Source: Vulcanisaeta sp. AZ3
GTDB lineage: Archaea > Thermoproteota > Thermoprotei > Thermoproteales > Thermocladiaceae
Direction of reading: 5' to 3'
Assembly (NCBI GenBank): GCA_000960865.2
Contig: JZWU02000007.1
Location: 1-57,290, forward strand
Length of the DNA stretch: 57,290 nucleotides
In this document: piece after piece, positions 20,739 to 30,736 of the stretch
Position numbering within the stretch: the stretch's first letter is position 1
How the letters are laid out: the number at the start of each line of letters is the position of its first letter
The notes under the pieces: generated by a model
What the model was told of the DNA's origin: nothing
Databases searched by the model: none
Seen by the model: the letters and a program-made list of their open reading frames with translations, nothing else
Made by a program: the position numbers and the translations under genes

Positions 20739-20814
20739 TGCGGCCGCCGGGATTTGAACCCGGGTTCTGCGGCTCGGGGGGCCGCCATCCTGGACCAGTC
20801 TAGACCACGGCCGC
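20739..20814 (-). tRNA. tRNA-Gly(CCC), no intron, CCA not encoded
   Basis: GCGGCCG acceptor stem; anticodon arm GCGGC-CCCCCGA-GCCGC; T arm CCGGG-TTCAAAT-CCCGG; 76 nt. Confidence 0.93.
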
Positions 20815-20905
20815 TGTTTTGTAGCGCTTTTGTTGGGTTTTAATTTTTATTTTCTCGTTGGGTTTGCTATATAATTTTTATATTTGTGTTGGTTTGTGGT
20901 TCTTG

Positions 20906-22003
20906 ATGAGTAGTATTGGTGTTTTGTTTAGAGTTACGACATTTGGGGAAAGTCATGGATCTGCTGTGGGAGTTGTTATTGATGGTGTTCCTGCTGGTGT
21001 GGCTATTAGTGAGGAGGATATTAAGAGAGAATTAGATAGGAGGAGGTTTTGCAATATACCGGTGCTTAATCCTAGGTGTGAGGATGAGGAGTTTCAGATA
21101 TTGAGCGGTGTTAAGGATGGGTTTACTGAGGGGACTCCTATAGCTATAGTTATTTGGAATAGGAGAGTTAGGTCTGATTATTATGAGGAGTTGTGGATGA
21201 GGCCTAGACCTGGTCATGCTGACTTGGCTTATTACTTAAAGTTTGGACGTTTTTATGATCATAGGGGTGGGGGTAGGGCTAGTGGTAGGGAGACTGCGGC
21301 GAGGATTGCGGCTGGCGCTATTGCTAAGGCTGTTTTGAGGCAAACTATTGGTGTTGAGGTAATTAGTCATCTTGTTGAGCTCGGCGGCGTTTCGATAGGT
21401 AGGGAGGACTATACCTTTGAGGATGCAGTTAAGGCTTGGGAGAAGCCTTTGCCGATGGTTGATGATGATGCGGTTAAGAGGGCTGTTGATTTATTGATTA
21501 GGGTAGCTACGGAGGGTGATAGTGTTGGTGGTGTTGGTGAAGTCTTGACTACTGATGTGCCACCTGGCCTTGGGGAACCTGTCTTTGATAAGTTGAAGGC
21601 TGACTTAGCTAAGGCCGTGATGTCCATCCCTAGTGCTGTGGGTGTTGAGTTTGGTCTTGGGTTTAGGTTGGCTAGGTTGAGGGGTAGTGAGGCTAATGAT
21701 CAGATTGTGCTTAGGGGCAACAGAGTTACTCTAGAGACGAACAGGGTTGGGGGTACTCTTGGTGGGATTAGTGTTGGCGTGCCGATTAGGTTTAGGGTTG
21801 CCTTTAAGCCCACACCTAGTGTTCGAAAGCCTCAGAGGACTGTGGATTTAAGTAAGATGGAGGAGACTACTATAGTGTTTAGGGGACGTTATGATGTATC
21901 TACGTCACCGAAGGCTATATTAGCTGCAGAGGCTATGACTGCCATAATTCTGGCTGATCATGCAATGAGAGCAGGCTTGATACCGAGAGTATTAAAGAGA
22001 TAA
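20906..22003 (+). CDS. aroC: Chorismate synthase
   Basis: [26 protein letters not shown] and FKPTPS; ATG 23 nt after TTTTATAT. Confidence 0.97.
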   Translation: MSSIGVLFRVTTFGESHGSAVGVVIDGVPAGVAISEEDIKRELDRRRFCNIPVLNPRCEDEEFQILSGVKDGFTEGTPIAIVIWNRRVRSDYYEELWMRPRPGHADLAYYLKFGRFYDHRGGGRASGRETAARIAAGAIAKAVLRQTIGVEVISHLVELGGVSIGREDYTFEDAVKAWEKPLPMVDDDAVKRAVDLLIRVATEGDSVGGVGEVLTTDVPPGLGEPVFDKLKADLAKAVMSIPSAVGVEFGLGFRLARLRGSEANDQIVLRGNRVTLETNRVGGTLGGISVGVPIRFRVAFKPTPSVRKPQRTVDLSKMEETTIVFRGRYDVSTSPKAILAAEAMTAIILADHAMRAGLIPRVLKR

Positions 22004-22022
22004 TTTTCTATAATGGTAACGC

Positions 22023-22030
22023 TTAAAATA
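22023..22030 (+). promoter_or_regulatory. TATA box of the CM/PDH-aroF-aroB-aroE operon
   Basis: TTAAAATA in the intergenic region; uORF ATG starts 28 nt after it. Confidence 0.55.
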
Positions 22031-22057
22031 TAGCCTCTCTAGTCTTTTGGGATCTCT

Positions 22058-22078
22058 ATGGAATATCAATATTGTTAG
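22058..22078 (+). promoter_or_regulatory. Candidate Tyr-rich leader uORF MEYQYC*
   Basis: ATG GAA TAT CAA TAT TGT TAG at the leaderless-start position, upstream of the Tyr branch gene. Confidence 0.55.
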
Positions 22079-22144
22079 GAGTCTTGGTAAAAACATGTAG
22101 TACGCTTCATCACTTAGTATTAGGTTTGTCGAAGGTGATGGCTT

Positions 22145-23125
22145 ATGCTTAATGCACTTAGGAGTGAGATTGATTCTATTGATGAGGAATTAATTGATTT
22201 GCTGATTAAACGCCTTGAGCTTGCGAGAAGGCTAGGTGTTATTAAGAGAGAGGCTCATTTGCCGATTATTGATGTAGAGCGTGAGGAGGAAGTGATCAGC
22301 AGGTGGGTTAGTAGGTTAGTAGGGGCTGGTGTTAATGAGGAGTTGGCTCATGAGTTGGTTAATGCAATCATTAGGGCTTCAACTTATGTTCAGGTTGGTG
22401 ATAGGTTAAATGTTAGTGTGACTATTGTGGGTTCTGGTCGTGTTGGTAGGACCATGGCTAGGGTACTGAGTAGGGTCGCTACTGTCTCTTTAATACACTT
22501 AGGTGATGAGTTGGGTAGGTCTGATGTTATTATGCTCGCTACAAGGCCCACTAATGATGCTGTAGATTTTGTAGTTAAGAATGTTGAGGCTCTACGTAAT
22601 TCCATACTTGTTGATTTATTCTCAGTGAAGTCTGTATTCTTTAGGGTTTTTGAGGATTTATCATTAAGTCATGGTTTTCATTATGTGAGCGCTCATCCAC
22701 TCTTTGGCGAGGTTGGTGAACCTGTTGGGGAGGGGGTTGTTTTGATTCCTTCTAGGAGCGGTGGAGAGGGGATTAATTTGATTAGGGATTTGTTTGGTAA
22801 TGCTGGTTTGAGCGTCATTATTTTAGATAGTCCTGAGGAGCATGATAGGTTAATGGCCTATCTGCAGGTTGCTCACCATTTAGCCTTACTTGCCCTCTAT
22901 GTGTTATTTAAGAGAGTTGGAGTTGAATTGAGAGGCCCCTTATTAACGCATAGTCTTAGGTATACTGTTAGAGCTATGGATAGAGTGTTGAGCCAGTTAG
23001 ATGTTGTTGAAGAGATACAGAGACTTAATCCCTACTCTCGTGCCGTTAAGGAGGAGTTTTTAAATGCCCTGAGGCTCATAATCAATGCTGTGAATAAGGA
23101 TGAATTGACTAAGGTGATTAAATGA
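22145..23125 (+). CDS. tyrA: Chorismate mutase / prephenate dehydrogenase fusion
   Basis: AroQ-type LRSEIDSIDEELIDLL..R; GSGRVG, DLFSVK, SAHPLFG and EEHDRLMA motifs. Confidence 0.88.
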   Translation: MLNALRSEIDSIDEELIDLLIKRLELARRLGVIKREAHLPIIDVEREEEVISRWVSRLVGAGVNEELAHELVNAIIRASTYVQVGDRLNVSVTIVGSGRVGRTMARVLSRVATVSLIHLGDELGRSDVIMLATRPTNDAVDFVVKNVEALRNSILVDLFSVKSVFFRVFEDLSLSHGFHYVSAHPLFGEVGEPVGEGVVLIPSRSGGEGINLIRDLFGNAGLSVIILDSPEEHDRLMAYLQVAHHLALLALYVLFKRVGVELRGPLLTHSLRYTVRAMDRVLSQLDVVEEIQRLNPYSRAVKEEFLNALRLIINAVNKDELTKVIK

Positions 23126-24117
23126 TAATAAGACCATCACCTGGTAGGATTGAGGATGTAGCTCATGCTCTTGATAAAGCTCATGTTTGGTTTAAGATCT
23201 TAAATATATTCAATGAGGAGTTAATAGTTACTTCACCTGAGGTTAAGGTGGATGAGACGTTAATTAGGGCTGTTGATAGTAATGCGGTCATTATAAACGT
23301 GAAGACTAGGTATCAATTAGCTGGTTCTGAGTGGAGGAGTAGGACTATTGTTGATGTTTCTGGCATTAGAATTGGTAGTGATGAGGTTGTGGTCGCGGCA
23401 GGTCCATGTGCCGTGGAGAGTTACGGACAGGTTAAGGAAGCTGCCATGGCAGTTAAGGAAGCTGGTGCTAAGCTGCTTAGGGGTGGTGCGTTTAAGCCTA
23501 GGACAAGCCCGTACAGCTTTCAGGGGCTTGGTGTTGAGGGTCTTAAGATACTTAGGAGAGTTGGGGATGAGGTTGGTTTGCCTGTCGTCTCGGAGGTCAT
23601 GGATACTAGGATGGTGAGTGTAGTTAGTGAGTATGTGGATATGCTCCAGGTTGGGGCTAGGAATGCTCAGAATTTTGATTTGCTTAGGGAGGTTGGTAGG
23701 TCGGGTAAGCCCGTGCTCCTTAAGAGGGGGTTGGGTAATACTGTAGAGGAATGGTTGGAGGCTGCTGAATACATTCTTCTTGAGGGTAATGGTAATGTAG
23801 TGCTTTGTGAGAGGGGTATTAGGACGTTTGAGCGTTCAACAAGGTTTACTCTAGACCTGGGTGCAGTGGTTGTTGCTAAGAAGTTGACCCACTTGCCTAT
23901 ATGCGTGGATCCGAGTCATCCTGCGGGTAGGAGGGATCTCGTAATACCAATGGCCTTAGCTGCCATAGCTGCTGGTGCTGATATGCTTTTAGTAGAGGTT
24001 CATCCAAGACCTTGGGAGGCTTTGTCTGATGCTGAACAACAGTTGACGCTTGATATGTTTAGGGAGTTGATGGTTAGGGGTAGAGAGGTGGCTAGGGCTA
24101 TTGGTAGGTCCTTATGA
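23122..24117 (+). CDS. aroF: DAHP synthase, type I-beta with N-terminal extension
   Basis: AGPCAVE, RGGAFKPRTSPYSFQG and DPSH motifs. Confidence 0.95.
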   Translation: MIIRPSPGRIEDVAHALDKAHVWFKILNIFNEELIVTSPEVKVDETLIRAVDSNAVIINVKTRYQLAGSEWRSRTIVDVSGIRIGSDEVVVAAGPCAVESYGQVKEAAMAVKEAGAKLLRGGAFKPRTSPYSFQGLGVEGLKILRRVGDEVGLPVVSEVMDTRMVSVVSEYVDMLQVGARNAQNFDLLREVGRSGKPVLLKRGLGNTVEEWLEAAEYILLEGNGNVVLCERGIRTFERSTRFTLDLGAVVVAKKLTHLPICVDPSHPAGRRDLVIPMALAAIAAGADMLLVEVHPRPWEALSDAEQQLTLDMFRELMVRGREVARAIGRSL

Positions 24118-25166
24118 GGGAGTTTACTTATAGGTCGCGTGATGGGGATGTTGAGGTGCTTGTTGGTGTTGATCATGCTGAGGCTGTTGGTAAGTTAGTG
24201 AATAGGTATACTGGATGCGCTGCATTTATTTCTAGAAGTGTGAATAATCTCGTTAGGGTTAGTTGTGATAGTTTAGTTATTGATGATGGTGAATCAGGTA
24301 AGGATGTGAGTACCGTGCTTAGCATAATTAAGTGGGCCCATGATGCTGGTATTGATAGAGACGGCATCTTTTTGGGCATTGGTGGTGGTAGTGTGCTTGA
24401 TGTTGTTGGATTCTCAGCATCAATATATCTGAGGGGTGTGGATTATGTAAATGTCCCAACGACAATGTTATCAATGGTTGATGCATCTCTTGGTGGTAAG
24501 ACTGGTGTTAATGCCATGGGCATTAAGAATGTGATTGGAGTAATTAAGCAGCCGAGGGCTGTGATTGTGGATTTATCATTTCTAAACACATTACCAATGC
24601 CTAACTATGTTGATGGGTTTTCCGAGGTTATGAAGTATGGAGTGACTATGGATAAAGAGTTATTTCACTACGTAATTGATAACAAAGATCCATTACTTAG
24701 TAAGGAGAGGAATGCCTTGGAGTGGGTTATCTATAGGTCCTTAATTAATAAGGCGCTTATTGTAGAGAAGGATGAACTAGATAGAACTGGAGATAGAGCT
24801 GTACTTAATTATGGCCATACGGTAGGTCATGCCATTGAATCTGCCTCGAATTTCTTAATTAGTCATGGTAGGGCTGTGGCCCTTGGCATGATTTGCGAGG
24901 CGAGAATTGGGGTTAAGTTGGGCTACACCTCCGCTGATGTACCTAAGCTCTTAATGAATGCGCTTAGTGGTTACGGATTGATTACTAAGTTTGATCTCTT
25001 TGACCATGTTGACAAGATTGCTAGAGCTATTTCTAGGGATAAGAAGAGGAGTGGTGGGTTCCTCAGATTACCTGTGGTTTTTGATGTGGGTAGGTGGGGT
25101 CTCGTTAAGGTTGGTGTTAATGATTTCGTAAGGTTGGTGATTGAGGAATGCAGGTCTATTCCGTGA
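24114..25166 (+). CDS. aroB: 3-dehydroquinate synthase
   Basis: GGGSVLD, PTTMLSMVDASLGGKTGVN and LNYGHTVGHAIE motifs. Confidence 0.96.
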   Translation: MREFTYRSRDGDVEVLVGVDHAEAVGKLVNRYTGCAAFISRSVNNLVRVSCDSLVIDDGESGKDVSTVLSIIKWAHDAGIDRDGIFLGIGGGSVLDVVGFSASIYLRGVDYVNVPTTMLSMVDASLGGKTGVNAMGIKNVIGVIKQPRAVIVDLSFLNTLPMPNYVDGFSEVMKYGVTMDKELFHYVIDNKDPLLSKERNALEWVIYRSLINKALIVEKDELDRTGDRAVLNYGHTVGHAIESASNFLISHGRAVALGMICEARIGVKLGYTSADVPKLLMNALSGYGLITKFDLFDHVDKIARAISRDKKRSGGFLRLPVVFDVGRWGLVKVGVNDFVRLVIEECRSIP

Positions 25167-25951
25167 TTGGTTACCCACTTAACTACACATTATCACCAGC
25201 GATTCATAATTATGTATTTAAGGCCTTAGGTAAGGATGCAATTTACATACCACTGAAAGTTACTCCGGAGAGACTTCGAAGCTTTGTGGAATTCTCCAGG
25301 GATGCTCTCAGTGGCTTTAACGTGACAATGCCTCATAAGATTCCAATAGTTGGCCTATTAGATGGCGTCATTGGCGCTGCAAGCACCTTAGGTAGTGTGA
25401 ATACTGTTATCAATGTGGGCGGTAAATTGTTGGGTTGGAATACTGATTATGACGCTATTAAGCAGTCATTAAGTGAGAGGGGTTACTCGGGTGAGGATGC
25501 CATCATGGTTGGCGCTGGTGGGGTTGCTAGGGCTGTGATTTTAGCTCTGAGAGATCTGGGTTGTAGAAGAGTTTATGTGATTAATAGGACTGTGAGTAAA
25601 GCTAATGAGCTGTGCGGATTAGCCGAGACTCTCGGATTGGATTGTAAAGCCCTTGGACTATTCAATATTGACGTCAGGGCCTGGCTATTCATCAACGCCA
25701 CACCTCTGGGCACTAATGAGGATTACCCCATAGATCCTAGGCAAGTTAATGCTGGTTTCATACTCGACCTAGCCTATACCCCAAGCGGTGACACAGCCTT
25801 AGTGAGGCTAGCTAGGGGATATTCAATACCGTATGTGGATGGCCTTGAAATACTCATTAGGCAAGCATTGATGGCCGATAGGATTTGGTTTGGAGATTTT
25901 AATAAACCCTCATGGCGTGATGTCCTTGAATCCTTGCACAACCAGGGTTAA
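25148..25951 (+). CDS. aroE: Shikimate dehydrogenase
   Basis: SPAIHN, NVTMPHK, NTD and GAGGVA motifs. Confidence 0.95.
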   Translation: MQVYSVIGYPLNYTLSPAIHNYVFKALGKDAIYIPLKVTPERLRSFVEFSRDALSGFNVTMPHKIPIVGLLDGVIGAASTLGSVNTVINVGGKLLGWNTDYDAIKQSLSERGYSGEDAIMVGAGGVARAVILALRDLGCRRVYVINRTVSKANELCGLAETLGLDCKALGLFNIDVRAWLFINATPLGTNEDYPIDPRQVNAGFILDLAYTPSGDTALVRLARGYSIPYVDGLEILIRQALMADRIWFGDFNKPSWRDVLESLHNQG

Positions 25952-26000
25952 TCTACGTGAAGTTCCGTGAAGTAAGCGAATTAAGGATACACTAGAATGA

Positions 26001-26693
26001 TTATTCAGTGCCAAGTGTCAATAATGATCTTCTTAATAGCTTAATTTTACTACACGTCCCAATGTTTAATTGTCCAGGTCCTGTCTTTCCCTTTACTGAG
26101 CAATACATGATTGGCGTTCCCATCATTATAGAGATTACTCTGTGGATGGGATTCCTTGGTATGACAGCCATGTTAATATCCACCTTTCTCATTAGGTCTA
26201 GTAAATTTAGAATCTCGTTCTCGTTTACGGTAAATATCTTATACATGAAAGCCCTATATCTCTTTGCTAATTCTATGTCCTTAGTTACCAATTCATAGAA
26301 ATTAATGTCACTTTTGAATACGTGCCTTGAGACTATGGAGTTCTCGGCCAATTCCTCAAACATTGATGGATTATTCATTAGTAGGCTTGCCTCAATATCA
26401 ACTAATGCCCCAACCTCCCTACTAACGCTAAGTACCTTATGCTTAATATTTGGATTAATAATGCGATTACCACCCTCGCTGTACTCTCTCACAGTGACTA
26501 TTGTAGGATAGTGAGATACATAATCCTCAATAAACCTCTTAAGCTCCTGGCTAGGCTCAAGGTCATCCATATAATCTAGCCTAAGTTCCACAGCCTCACA
26601 AGATGCCGGCAGGTATTGATAGGTTAGTCTCCTAACGGGCATGGCGCAAACTAGTATGGGCTTATTCAATAGCAGTTTGCCCCATGTACTCAT
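26001..26693 (-). CDS. aroD: Type I 3-dehydroquinate dehydratase
   Basis: ELRLD, TVR...EGG, VDIE, SRH and GPGQ motifs; gene context. Confidence 0.85.
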   Translation of the reverse strand: MSTWGKLLLNKPILVCAMPVRRLTYQYLPASCEAVELRLDYMDDLEPSQELKRFIEDYVSHYPTIVTVREYSEGGNRIINPNIKHKVLSVSREVGALVDIEASLLMNNPSMFEELAENSIVSRHVFKSDINFYELVTKDIELAKRYRAFMYKIFTVNENEILNLLDLMRKVDINMAVIPRNPIHRVISIMMGTPIMYCSVKGKTGPGQLNIGTCSKIKLLRRSLLTLGTE

Positions 26694-26756
26694 TACTAAT
26701 TAGCCATGTTAGAAATTTAAAAATATTGACTCTAAATATCCAATAATAAATAGGTT

Positions 26757-27578
26757 ATGGGCAGAGGCATTGTTGAGTACATAACGTATGGAGGTATAAG
26801 TATAATTAATGCGATACCGGCATGGCTAGGTGGAACCGCTGCTATAAATTTACTGAGTAGAGTGAGAGTTACAGAGGGGACTTGTAGTGTTGACGGGTTT
26901 ATGAGCTTCATACTCAATTATCTAAGAGATAAGTGGGGGTTAGATGCAAATGTATGTGTTAGTGTTGATAGCTCCATACCTGAGTCCAGTGGTTTAAAGA
27001 GTAATAGTGCTGTTGCAGTTGGTATAGTTCACGCAGTTATGGATTTCCTAGGAAGGCCCATAAGCCCTCTTGAGAGTGCCAGGCTTGCCTCCATAATAAC
27101 TAAAGCCCATGGATCATCAATAACGGGGGCCTTCGATGATGCATCAGCTTCAATATTGGGAGGCGTTGTTTTTACGGATAATAAGTCAATGACTATTATT
27201 AAGCATAGGGCTGTTGATGAGCTAAGGGTGATAATTACAGGTTATAAGGAAAGTAAGAGATTAAGTAGAATTAATAGGTTGAGGGCCTTATCTGGTGTTT
27301 ACTCAGCCTTATTTGAGATGGCTGTTAATGGTGATTTATGGAGGGCTGCAACTATAAATGGCATGTTAGTTGCTGAAGCCCTAGGTTACCATAGGGCTCT
27401 CGAGACGATAAGTAACGCTCTAAGGCTTGGCGCCTTGGCCTCTGCCGTGAGTGGTAATGGGCCCTCAATTTACGCAGTCTTCAAGGCTGGGGAGGAGGGA
27501 CCGTTTGTAGATTATGTAGTGAGTTCATGGGGTTATTACCTAACTACGTCATTAGTTGGTCCTCGTTACTCTGTATGA
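26757..27578 (+). CDS. aroK: Archaeal GHMP-type shikimate kinase
   Basis: GGISIINAI, GLKSNSA, SITGAFDD and SGNGPS motifs. Confidence 0.93.
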   Translation: MGRGIVEYITYGGISIINAIPAWLGGTAAINLLSRVRVTEGTCSVDGFMSFILNYLRDKWGLDANVCVSVDSSIPESSGLKSNSAVAVGIVHAVMDFLGRPISPLESARLASIITKAHGSSITGAFDDASASILGGVVFTDNKSMTIIKHRAVDELRVIITGYKESKRLSRINRLRALSGVYSALFEMAVNGDLWRAATINGMLVAEALGYHRALETISNALRLGALASAVSGNGPSIYAVFKAGEEGPFVDYVVSSWGYYLTTSLVGPRYSV

Positions 27579-27637
27579 GACTAGTGAACCTATGGTTAAG
27601 TTTTATGGAAATATAGAGAATATAGGTTAGGATAATC

Positions 27638-27645
27638 TTTAAATA
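27638..27645 (+). promoter_or_regulatory. TATA box of tkt(-aroA)
   Basis: TTTAAATA; uORF ATG starts 26 nt after it, tkt ATG 46 nt after it. Confidence 0.65.
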
Positions 27646-27670
27646 CTTAATATTGAGCTTGCTTGTTCGT

Positions 27671-27697
27671 ATGGAATATCGAAACTTCCAATGGTAA
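27671..27697 (+). promoter_or_regulatory. Candidate aromatic leader uORF MEYRNFQW* overlapping the tkt start
   Basis: ATG GAA TAT CGA AAC TTC CAA TGG TAA; contains Tyr, Phe and Trp codons; tkt ATG at 27691 is in the -1 frame. Confidence 0.65.
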
Positions 27698-29403
27698 TTG
27701 GAAAGCTAAGTGAACCCTTGGATGTTAGTAAACTCATGGAGGTTAGGGATAAGGCAAGGAAAATCCTCGCTGAGTTAGATAAGGAGTTTCCATATATACA
27801 CTTGGGCTCCTCATTGGCAGCCTTGGACGTAATAAATTTGATAATTAGGATTATGAGAAGGGATGGTGATTGTGGTGATAAATTTATACTGAGTATTGGC
27901 CATGTGGCTCCAGCACTCTACTCCTTATTGGCTGTTGAGGGTGTAATACCGATTAGGGAACTCTTTGAGATTAATCACACATACTCGGTAATATCAACTC
28001 ATGCCGATAACATGGATGTACCATACATAGATGCAACCACTGGATCCTTAGGTCAGGGATTAAGCATGGGTGTTGGTTTAGCCCTGGCTAATAGAATTAG
28101 GGGTTGTGAGAAAGGCATTGTGTTTATTTTGATGGGAGATGGTGAGTTAAATGAGGGGCAGTCTTGGGAGGCCGCCATGACTGCCGTTAAGTATAACTTG
28201 AATAACCTAGTAGTCCTTGTTAGTCTCAATGGTTATCAACTAGATGGACAAACATCGTCAATAAAACCAATAAATCCCGTGAAGGTTTTCGAAGCCCTTG
28301 GCTGGAATGTACTTCAGGGTAATGGCCATGATTATGGAGAAATTATGAGACTAATAATGAAAGCCTTAGAGTCCAGGGATAGGCCAACAATCATATTCTT
28401 AAGCACTACGAGGGGCAAGGGAATTAAGGGAATTGAAAACACACATAGGCAAACCCTGAATCCGCCACCAAGACCTCAATTCTCCATGAGGGAAGCCTTA
28501 GGTGTCACTCTTGCTAGGCTTGGTGAGGATAATGATAAGTTAGTCGTAATAACAGCAGACGTTGGTGAATCAACCAGAGCAAGATACTTCGGAGAAAGAT
28601 TTCCTAGTAGATATTTCAATGTGGGTATTTCTGAGCAGGACCTAATTGGCATAGCTGCTGGTCTAGCCCTTGGTGATTATGTGCCTGTGGCGATGGCATA
28701 CGCAATGTTCATGATGAGGGGTTGGGAGCAAATTAGGAATTCCGTGGGTAGGATGAAACTTAATGTGAAGTTCATAGCGACTCACGCAGGGCTTAGTGAT
28801 TTCGCTGATGGGCCAAGTCACCAAGCCCTAGAGGATGTGGCCTTGATGAGGAGTCTTAGTGGGATGGTTGTTGTGGCGCCTGCAGATGCTTGGGATGTGG
28901 AGAGAATACTTCCTAAGGTAATTGAGTATAGAGGGCCTGTATACGTTAGGATTGGCCGTGATTACTCACCGCCAATAACTATGGATTTAGACTACGAGTT
29001 TAGGCTTGGGGAGGTTTATAGTATCGTTGATGGCGATGATGTGGCCATAATGGGCTATGGTCCAGTCCTCTTCAATGCGATACAAGCAGCCATGGAGTTG
29101 AGGAGGAGGGGTATTAGTGTTGGTGTTTATAATATGCCCACGATAAAACCGCTCAATGAGGATTCTGTGAGGAAAATTGCCCGTAGAATTGGTAGAGTAG
29201 TAGTGGTTGAGGAGCATTCGCCCCGTGGTGGGTTAGGATCTGCTATCGCCGAATTGGTTAGTGGTTATGCCAGAGTTGTGACTTTGGGTGTTAATGATTA
29301 TGGGCATTGGGGTAGGTCTGAGGAAGAATTGTTGAGGTTTTACGGACTTGATGAGGAATCAATAATGGATACCATAATGAAAATCGTAAATGAACATATA
29401 TAA
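27691..29403 (+). CDS. tkt: Transketolase, N- and C-terminal halves fused
   Basis: TGSLGQG, GDGELNEG, NVGISEQ and DGPSHQ motifs. Confidence 0.92.
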   Translation: MVIGKLSEPLDVSKLMEVRDKARKILAELDKEFPYIHLGSSLAALDVINLIIRIMRRDGDCGDKFILSIGHVAPALYSLLAVEGVIPIRELFEINHTYSVISTHADNMDVPYIDATTGSLGQGLSMGVGLALANRIRGCEKGIVFILMGDGELNEGQSWEAAMTAVKYNLNNLVVLVSLNGYQLDGQTSSIKPINPVKVFEALGWNVLQGNGHDYGEIMRLIMKALESRDRPTIIFLSTTRGKGIKGIENTHRQTLNPPPRPQFSMREALGVTLARLGEDNDKLVVITADVGESTRARYFGERFPSRYFNVGISEQDLIGIAAGLALGDYVPVAMAYAMFMMRGWEQIRNSVGRMKLNVKFIATHAGLSDFADGPSHQALEDVALMRSLSGMVVVAPADAWDVERILPKVIEYRGPVYVRIGRDYSPPITMDLDYEFRLGEVYSIVDGDDVAIMGYGPVLFNAIQAAMELRRRGISVGVYNMPTIKPLNEDSVRKIARRIGRVVVVEEHSPRGGLGSAIAELVSGYARVVTLGVNDYGHWGRSEEELLRFYGLDEESIMDTIMKIVNEHI

Positions 29404-29445
29404 CCATAAAAAATTTTACTTCAGAAGAATTATGTTAAGTTAGTA

Positions 29446-30736
29446 ATGGGTAAATTGGTGATTAGAGGTTTTAAGGTTAGGAACGAGATTGTTGATGCAC
29501 CACCTAGTAAGGCATTCACTTTGAGATATCTACTTGCCTCCGCCCTATCTAGGACTTGGGTCAATCTTAGGAGATTGAATTGGGGCGATGATACTTGGTC
29601 TATGATCAGGGGTGTGAAGCCAGTAACGGAGATAGAGATTAAGGGAGATCTCGTTAGAGTTAGACGTGGATTAAGCCCCGAACGGTTTAGAATAATTGAT
29701 GTTGGTGAGAGCGGGTTCACTCTTAGAACATTGACCGGAGTCTATGCTGGTATTGACGGTGTTACAATACTCATGCCCAGAGGATCCTTGGTCAATAGGC
29801 CAATGGATGAATTAATAAGTGCTCTAAAGGCTATTAATGCCAAGATTGACAAGTCTGGTAGTGTCATACGGATTGTTGGTGGTAAGTTAGTTGGAGGTTA
29901 CGTATCGATTAATGGCTCGGTGAGTTCACAATTTATATCATCACTTCTCTACCTAGCACCACTCACAGAGAGTGGTATTGAAGTCAGTATCAGGCCTCCA
30001 ATAAAGTCTAGGCCTTATATTGATGCTACCATAAGTGTACTTAGAGATTTTGGAATAAGTGTTGAGGTTGAGGATAACTCAATATACATAGGGGGGGCTG
30101 CAGGAGTATAGGGCTGTTAATGATGAGTTTATAGTGCCTGGGGACTACGCATTATCTGCTTTCTACATGGTTCTATCAGCACTGGCAGGCTTTGACCTTA
30201 GAATCACAAACTTAATGAGAGGTAAAGCTGTGGAGGGTGAATATGCGTTCATAACTCACGCCAAAGAGATGGGAGTAGAGATTGAGGATGGTGATGATTA
30301 CGTGCTCATTAAAGGCTCACAAACTAAGGAATTAGACCCCGTTGATGTCGATCTGAGTGATTCACCTGACATAACAATGCCTCTTGCTCTACTCATGGCA
30401 AGAGCCAAGGGTAAGTCTAAGGTTATGGGCGTTAGTCATATAATTCATAAGGAGAGCAATAGGTTAAGGGGCATAGCGGAGGTGCTTAAGTGTTTAGGTG
30501 CTGGTGTTAGTGTTGATGAGGTTAATGGTATTATTGAGATTGAAGGTGTTAATGAATTTAGAGGTGGATGCGAGGTGGATACTCAGGGTGATCATAGGAT
30601 AATCATGATGGGGGTTGTGGGAGGTCTCCTGGCTAAGGAGGGGGTTATGATTAATGATTGGGAGGGTGTTGGTAAGTCCTGGCCAACCTTTATCTGGGAC
30701 TTGGAAAACCTTGGGGCTGTGTTTAGGTATGAGTAA
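29446..30736 (+). CDS. aroA: EPSP synthase, split by a +1 frameshift in G7 (30091-30097), probably a sequencing error
   Basis: PPSKA, GESGFT, SSQFISS, KESNR and DHRI motifs; G6 restores IGGLQEYRAVNDEFIVPGDY. Confidence 0.92.

Noticed and set aside
20858-20905. Aromatic-rich N-terminal extension of aroC in the ORF track
   Set aside because: Spans the T-rich promoter and TATA box; the true start is likely ATG 20906.
26682-26693. aroD begins MSTW, with a Trp at codon 4
   Set aside because: In frame with the enzyme and has no separate stop, so it gives no switch logic; a single codon is weak evidence.
27592-27630. Short ORF MVKFYGNIENIG* with Phe-Tyr before tkt
   Set aside because: Lies upstream of the tkt TATA box, so it is probably not on that transcript.
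27691-29403. Fused single-chain transketolase
   Set aside because: Many archaea split it in two genes, but fused forms are common elsewhere; not notable alone.
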